In this document: piece after piece, positions 14,880 to 17,307 of the stretch
How positions within the stretch are numbered: position 1 is the stretch's first letter
Layout: the number at the start of each line of letters is the position of its first letter
Origin: Promethearchaeia archaeon
GTDB taxonomy: Archaea; Asgardarchaeota; Lokiarchaeia; Sigyniarchaeales; SOKP01
Length of the DNA stretch: 17,307 nucleotides
Direction of reading: 5' to 3'
Assembly: GCA_029856125.1 (NCBI GenBank)
Contig: JAHQWJ010000131.1
Coordinates: 1-17,307, forward strand
Notes under the pieces: model-generated
What the model was told of the DNA's origin: nothing
What the model saw: only the letters and a program-made list of their open reading frames with translations
Database searches by the model: none
Made by a program: the position numbers and the translations under genes

Positions 14880-16319
14880 TTATTTTAATCCTAATTCTCC
14901 TAATTTTACTTGGGTTGCTTCGATTTTTTCAGGCGTAAGTTTATACAATTTCCAAAAGACTAAAGCACCAATAAAGATAAATATAGCCGGGATTAAGCCT
15001 AAGTGTATTTGGATTCCTACTGCTGCTGATGCTGGCTGGATACTTGGATCTCCACCTTCAATAAATCCCGTTAAAGTATGGACGATAGCAAAAGTTAATG
15101 TTTGAGCTACTATTCCTATACGAGCAAAAAACTGCGAAAATCCACTATATACTCCCTCTTCACGTTTTCCTGTAATTACAACAGATTCATCAATTACATC
15201 TGACATGACAGGGAAGATCATAACCCAAAAACCTCCTAGAAAGAGACCCCATATAAACATGACAGCAACAACGCCCCAATAATTTGTTAAGAAAAGCAAT
15301 GGTAAAGTAGTTATTCCTAAACCTACTGCAGATGTTAACATTACTTTCTTGTTATTGTTTGTTTTATTGGAATATTTAACCCAAAATGGTGTAGCAACAA
15401 TTACTCCTACAAGAAAGGCGGCAAATATTAATGTAGCCATTAGATTAACTGTTATGCCAGGAACTGGATCTAACACAAACGAAACTTCGTAGTTTATAGA
15501 ATTTTGCATCGTAACAATCTGGGATTGATACATTGTATATATTACCATATATACTAGGAAGGATTTTTGCTTTAATGCTATAACTAAAGACTTAAAAAAG
15601 GAATCTCTTTCTGGATTTTTAGCGTAAGTTTCCAGATATTTTCCTACAAGTTCTTTATCTTCTCGAAAACCAGGGATTGCCAAAAGCATTGCAAGCAAGC
15701 ATATTAAAGCAACTATTACTCCTTGTGTAATAAATGATTGCAAAACTACATCTGGAGCTGCCTCCCCAGGATATTTAAATATTAAAGGAGGTACTAATGC
15801 TCCTAATGCTACTCCAATTACACCGATTGGGATATAGATCCCACTAGCGATTCTTCGTTCTTTATTGGATCTATATTTCTCAGGAAACAGTGCCATAAAA
15901 TTTACAAAAAAGAGTGAATGAAAAGTATCAAATAATGCCATTGTAAAAAGCATCCATGCAAACAAAATCCAAGCACCAGATACGGGATCGGTCACAGGTG
16001 GCATAAAAACAATAATGTAACTGGCACATAAAGGTATTCCTCCCATTAACAACCAAGGAAATCGCCTACCACTTTTTTGTGTAAACTTAAATGGGCGGTT
16101 AGTTAAGTATCCAATAAGGGGATCGTTGACCATATTATATAAGGCAAACAGAAATGTTCCTAAAAAGATGACCCATACTTCTAGGCCAACAACAGCTTCG
16201 TAATAAAAGAACACTGTGGCCGTAAATGCCATATTTATGAACTCTCTTGCCAAACTACCCGAACCATAAGAGGCCATATTCAATTTGCTATGACGAACTT
16301 CTAACTCATTTTCTCCCAT
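14880..16319 (-). CDS. MFS glycoside-pentoside-hexuronide (GPH/MelB-like) cation symporter
   Basis: NMVNDPLIGYLTNR...GRRFPW, MSDVIDE...GKREEGVYSG and about 12 TM segments. ATG 16319 (MGENE) is preferred over the track's TTG 16331. Confidence 0.88.
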   Translation of the reverse strand: MGENELEVRHSKLNMASYGSGSLAREFINMAFTATVFFYYEAVVGLEVWVIFLGTFLFALYNMVNDPLIGYLTNRPFKFTQKSGRRFPWLLMGGIPLCASYIIVFMPPVTDPVSGAWILFAWMLFTMALFDTFHSLFFVNFMALFPEKYRSNKERRIASGIYIPIGVIGVALGALVPPLIFKYPGEAAPDVVLQSFITQGVIVALICLLAMLLAIPGFREDKELVGKYLETYAKNPERDSFFKSLVIALKQKSFLVYMVIYTMYQSQIVTMQNSINYEVSFVLDPVPGITVNLMATLIFAAFLVGVIVATPFWVKYSNKTNNNKKVMLTSAVGLGITTLPLLFLTNYWGVVAVMFIWGLFLGGFWVMIFPVMSDVIDESVVITGKREEGVYSGFSQFFARIGIVAQTLTFAIVHTLTGFIEGGDPSIQPASAAVGIQIHLGLIPAIFIFIGALVFWKLYKLTPEKIEATQVKLGELGLK

Positions 16320-16548
16320 TGTTATAACCAATTTCTTTATATTTTTTAATTTAAAATAAGATGTAATTTAATTATTAGATTCTAATGTTTATATAATTTT
16401 TAGTTTTTTAACGATAGTTAATATACTCATACGAGTTAATTCATAATCAAGCTTTTTCTTCATCGTTACAGTTCAATAAGGATTTATTTTTGCATGTTTC
16501 AGTCACTAAAAATAAAGCTTTTAATTAACTTCACAAATTGTAATAAAT

Positions 16549-17307
16549 ATGGCAACTAAACCAAATATTGTTTTGTTTATAACTCACGATCAAGGACAAT
16601 TTTTAGGATGTTACGATACACCTGCAACTCCAAATTCTTTACAAACACCTAATCTGGATAAGCTTGCTAAAGAAGGAATACGATTTACGAATTATTTTTG
16701 TACAGCACCACAATGTTCACCAAGCCGAGGAAGTATACAAACGTCACTTTATCCGCATCAAAATGGTTTGATGGGTTTGGTTAATCGCGGTTGGTCTCTA
16801 CCCTCCAGCAACAAAACTATTCCTATGTACCTCAGAGAGTCTGGTTATTCAACCCATTTAATTGGTTTACAACACGAAGCTAGGGATGTCAACACATTAG
16901 GATATGACTCTTTTAGCAAAAGAATGAAAGATTACAAATATGATACGGATAGAATGTTTAGTGAATACGAAAGTTTCCTAGAAAATCATAGAAATGATGA
17001 AAAGCCCTTTTATCTCAATATCGGTACAATAGAAATACACAGACCTTTTATTATATGGAGCCAAGCTAACGATAATTACTCGGTAAAAGTCCCTCCATTT
17101 CTACCCGACAACGATAAGGTTCGTAAAGATCTTAGTTTGTTTTATGGAATTATCAACCCTGTGGATGAAGCAATAGGAAAAATTATTGAAGTTTTAGAAA
17201 GGACTGGTTTAAGAGAGAAAACCCTTTTTATATATACTACCGATCATGGAAGCCCGTTTCCAAGAGCTAAGTGTACGCTATATGATCCTGGTATAAAAAC
17301 TCTACTC
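16549..17307 (+). CDS. Cys-type (formylglycine) sulfatase, N-sulfoglucosamine sulfohydrolase-like; 3'-truncated by the window edge
   Basis: Absent from the ORF track. Manual translation gives MATKPNIVLFITHDQG...TPNLDKLAKEGIRFTNYFCTAPQCSPSRGS...YPHQNG...TTDHGSPFPRAKCTLYDPG. It has the CxPxR signature and stays open to the window end. Confidence 0.92.
   Translation, partial: MATKPNIVLFITHDQGQFLGCYDTPATPNSLQTPNLDKLAKEGIRFTNYFCTAPQCSPSRGSIQTSLYPHQNGLMGLVNRGWSLPSSNKTIPMYLRESGYSTHLIGLQHEARDVNTLGYDSFSKRMKDYKYDTDRMFSEYESFLENHRNDEKPFYLNIGTIEIHRPFIIWSQANDNYSVKVPPFLPDNDKVRKDLSLFYGIINPVDEAIGKIIEVLERTGLREKTLFIYTTDHGSPFPRAKCTLYDPGIKTLL

Overview
AT-rich archaeal DNA (GC roughly 30-35% by eye; GAGGTG(A)-type Shine-Dalgarno sites, TATA-box promoters, oligo-T terminators). 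The gene content (several hdrA/mvhD paralogues, FrhB-family protein, GPH and MFS transporters, M28 peptidase, sulfatase) best fits an Asgard/Lokiarchaeia-type anaerobic heterotroph; this assignment is inference. The left 10.9 kb is a heterodisulfide-reductase-like cluster: 3' end of hdrA-1, mvhD-1, a stand-alone ~1030-aa double-module hdrA-2, then an apparent operon frhB/fpoF-like > hdrD-like (HdrC+HdrB type) > double-module hdrA-3 > mvhD-2, with no hydrogenase or formate dehydrogenase catalytic subunit in the window. The right part holds an MFS exporter, two hypothetical membrane proteins, a membrane M28 peptidase, a GPH sugar symporter and a 3'-truncated sulfatase missing from the ORF track. 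Main observations: (1) a candidate self-contained F420H2-linked flavin-bifurcating Hdr complex; (2) a 29-bp intergenic inverted copy (27/29) of the hdrD domain linker 1.6 kb away, which could be an inversion switch, an antisense RNA or a relic; (3) hdrD appears to start at a non-canonical ATA, adding a 101-aa Fe-S domain; (4) hdrA-2 is a mosaic whose last 174 bp match hdrA-1.
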